A stretch of 64,000 nt of DNA from assembly GCA_010909165.1 (NCBI GenBank), contig MU008160.1, forward strand, positions 1,860,001 to 1,924,000, read 5' to 3'. Made by a program: the position numbers and the translations under genes. A model generated the notes under the pieces. It saw nothing but the letters and a program-made list of their open reading frames with translations, searched no databases and had not been told where the DNA came from. Source of the DNA: Anthoceros angustus (taxonomy: Eukaryota; Plantae; Anthocerotophyta). This document shows, piece after piece, positions 61,815-64,000 of this stretch (within the stretch, counting starts at the first letter, position 1; every line of letters starts with the position of its first letter).

Positions 61815-63975
61815 GGAAGCCAGAACCTACAACGATGGACGAACATAAGGTCTTTTGAAGTTCTATTTAGTTTAAGAGTCTTCTCTTACCTATCAGAAGC
61901 ATGCAAAGCATACCATTATGCGGCACGCAGGCATGCGAGTGCAAGCCTGATGATCTTTTTGTTCAGTGGAAAATGATCGTGCATGCACACTGACATGCGC
62001 CCAGCATGCGTTTACATTTAGGCTGCTACGACATCGGCTGACATCACGATGTATAACATCTTCTGCCGAGCGGAAAATGATCTGTCCAAAAGTTCAACCA
62101 ATTGAAAGCGAGTAGGTAGGGTGTGCGCGAATCCTCGTATCGCCAGCAATGTGCCTTTTTCTTAATGGTACCTAGAATGAAAGCAACGATGAAATGGTCG
62201 ATATCGAAGAAGGTAATGATCTTTTCTTCATTTGACTATTAAATAGCCGTTTCGTTGAAATCAATGTCTAAAATGATTGTTTCTATAGAAAGCGACCACA
62301 GGAGTAGAGAGCCAACGAATATTGACAGCTTGCGGTCAGACAATTATGTTCCCACCCACGGGGATCCAGGATATGGCGACAGACCGGAGTTTGAAATCCC
62401 ACTCCTTGAAATACGGAAGATAGTTGAAAAAGGTACTACATTTCAGTATTCTGGTTTGAATTTTCTGAGGCAACTAATTGAATGTATGTTTTCTAGTCCT
62501 CTTAGAGCACATTATGTTCACATCCATGGACAAACAAGACTTGCAACTCCTTTGCAAGGTGCCTGCACAATTGGACAAATTTAAAAAGGTAAAGATTCTT
62601 GGTCCCACATTCTTATAGACTGTAGGACTGTAGAATTGTTGTTAGCATGCTTACAATGTCAATCCAATTTAATGTATTTGCAGGATATTAAAAAGAATCT
62701 CCGAACAACAGCTCAGTTAGAGTTGGAGACCATGACTCTAGTGAGAAGGTTCAACGGACATCAAATCTCGATTCAATCTATACCCGAGGTAAACCAACAA
62801 ATGCCTTCATACCATTTTTTAGTTTAGTTCTAATTATTCATCAATTTGTTTGCAGAGTGCTACAGAACAAGCAGCTGTTGCTAAGGAAATCAAAGACAAA
62901 ATACACGCATTTGACGAGAAAATTGACAACACAGACATCTCACATCAGGTTGCTCAAAGTCATCATTGAGCATTTTTATGTGAGAATTTATAAATTACAC
63001 TAATTTCTGCAATTCTTTAGGGAAAAAAGAGGAAAATAGAAGACTTTGAAGATAATGGACCAACTTATGGCCCTTCTAAAGAATTTACAGAATTTGGCAA
63101 ATGGATGAATAACTTCCAGTATCCACAAATATTCCAAGATTTTAAGAATAAATATGTTCCCATTTGGGAGCATAGTCTTAAAGACCCAGTGCAACCAATC
63201 CCCCATGAAGATGGGTCTACACCAACTCTACAGCAGCACATGGAGATTCAAAAAAGTAAGATCTTTGGGTTGTTTATTTTATGTAGTGAATTATATGTTT
63301 TGATATATTGCATATTGTTAATGTAGAGATATCAGAAGCCATTCAAAATAAGGAGCTGAAAACTACAAACTAGTTGTCCCTCACGGAAGGTCCGGAAACA
63401 ACAAAAAACATCCAAAAAGTATATTCATTTTAAGTTGATTTATCAGAGAAAATGAAAATTCTAACATTTGTCTCTCTTCCAGAACTTAAAATCACACTTC
63501 TGCAGTGTGGGAAATCTTCACAGCACCTGCCTAACGTTAGTCAGAAAGGTATTTACCGAGCAGGATCTACTTCGATTTGAAATGGAGGTAAATGATTAAC
63601 TTATTTGTACCTTCGTTTGTAGTTATCGAAGAATCAAAAGGAGTTGTTTGCAGTGTTTGAGGTTAGTATATGATATTGTCAGTGTTGAAGTTTTAGAAGT
63701 GAAATTTCTGACAATTAATATTGCATGTAGAAATATTCGCGTTTGGACGAGATCTTTCAGATGATAAATTTTCTATCTGGACCGTATAACGAACAGAAAA
63801 GAAGACATTACTCTGAAGACATGATACCACCAAAATCACCCGTCTATACCTCATCGACACGAGTAGAATACGCTTAGAAAGTATTCTACCAGATAACTAT
63901 GAAGGTTCGGAAAACTGTGAAACCGTGAAACTGCTGGGACAATTACTAAGAAGTGCAAAAGCAGAAATGATAACG
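61815..63975 (+). CDS. Unidentified multi-exon gene with ~70-bp introns; continues beyond the window
   Basis: A series of GT-AG introns joins exons in phase from ~62180 to 63230 (NESNDEMVDIEE/ESDHR...IVEK/VLLEHIMF...KFKK/DIKKNL...SIPE/SATEQ...SHQ/GKKRKIEDF...EIQK). A few frameshifts follow. The 5' exons are not resolved and no family was recognised. Confidence 0.6.
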
Positions 63976-64000
63976 TAAATTTTACACTAAAGAGAGAGAA

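Overview
Land-plant nuclear DNA (spliceosomal introns, many only 65-140 nt; PLS-type PPR; plant Ty1/Ty3 elements). The species cannot be determined; a seed-free plant is plausible but unproven. Bases 1-19 kb are a tandem cluster of a repeated LRR-RLP / F-box / SDR cassette: one apparently intact RLP that runs off the left edge, one intact F-box, one 4-exon SDR, and several pseudogenes. It also holds PPR and RPS12 gene scraps and a very young copia element with TATA...TATA termini. Bases ~19-59.6 kb appear to be one putative DNA transposon: a DUF7869-like DDE/D transposase (minus) head-to-head with an intron-containing gene (plus) for a ParB-like domain plus a bacterial-type beta-class (N4-C/N6-A) DNA methyltransferase. 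That gene is split within one exon by a 9.3 kb copia and a 23.4 kb non-chromoviral gypsy; removing both at their TSDs restores a 131-codon stop-free frame. The gypsy has ~7 kb LTRs that each contain a protein-coding region downstream of the TATA box. Bases 60-64 kb hold a CCTTGGCCTTC motif array, a promoter and an unidentified multi-exon gene. Many frameshifts fall at homopolymers and many repeats are indel-rich tandem duplicates, so part of the apparent decay may be long-read assembly error. All domain calls are from motifs read by eye; no database search was run.
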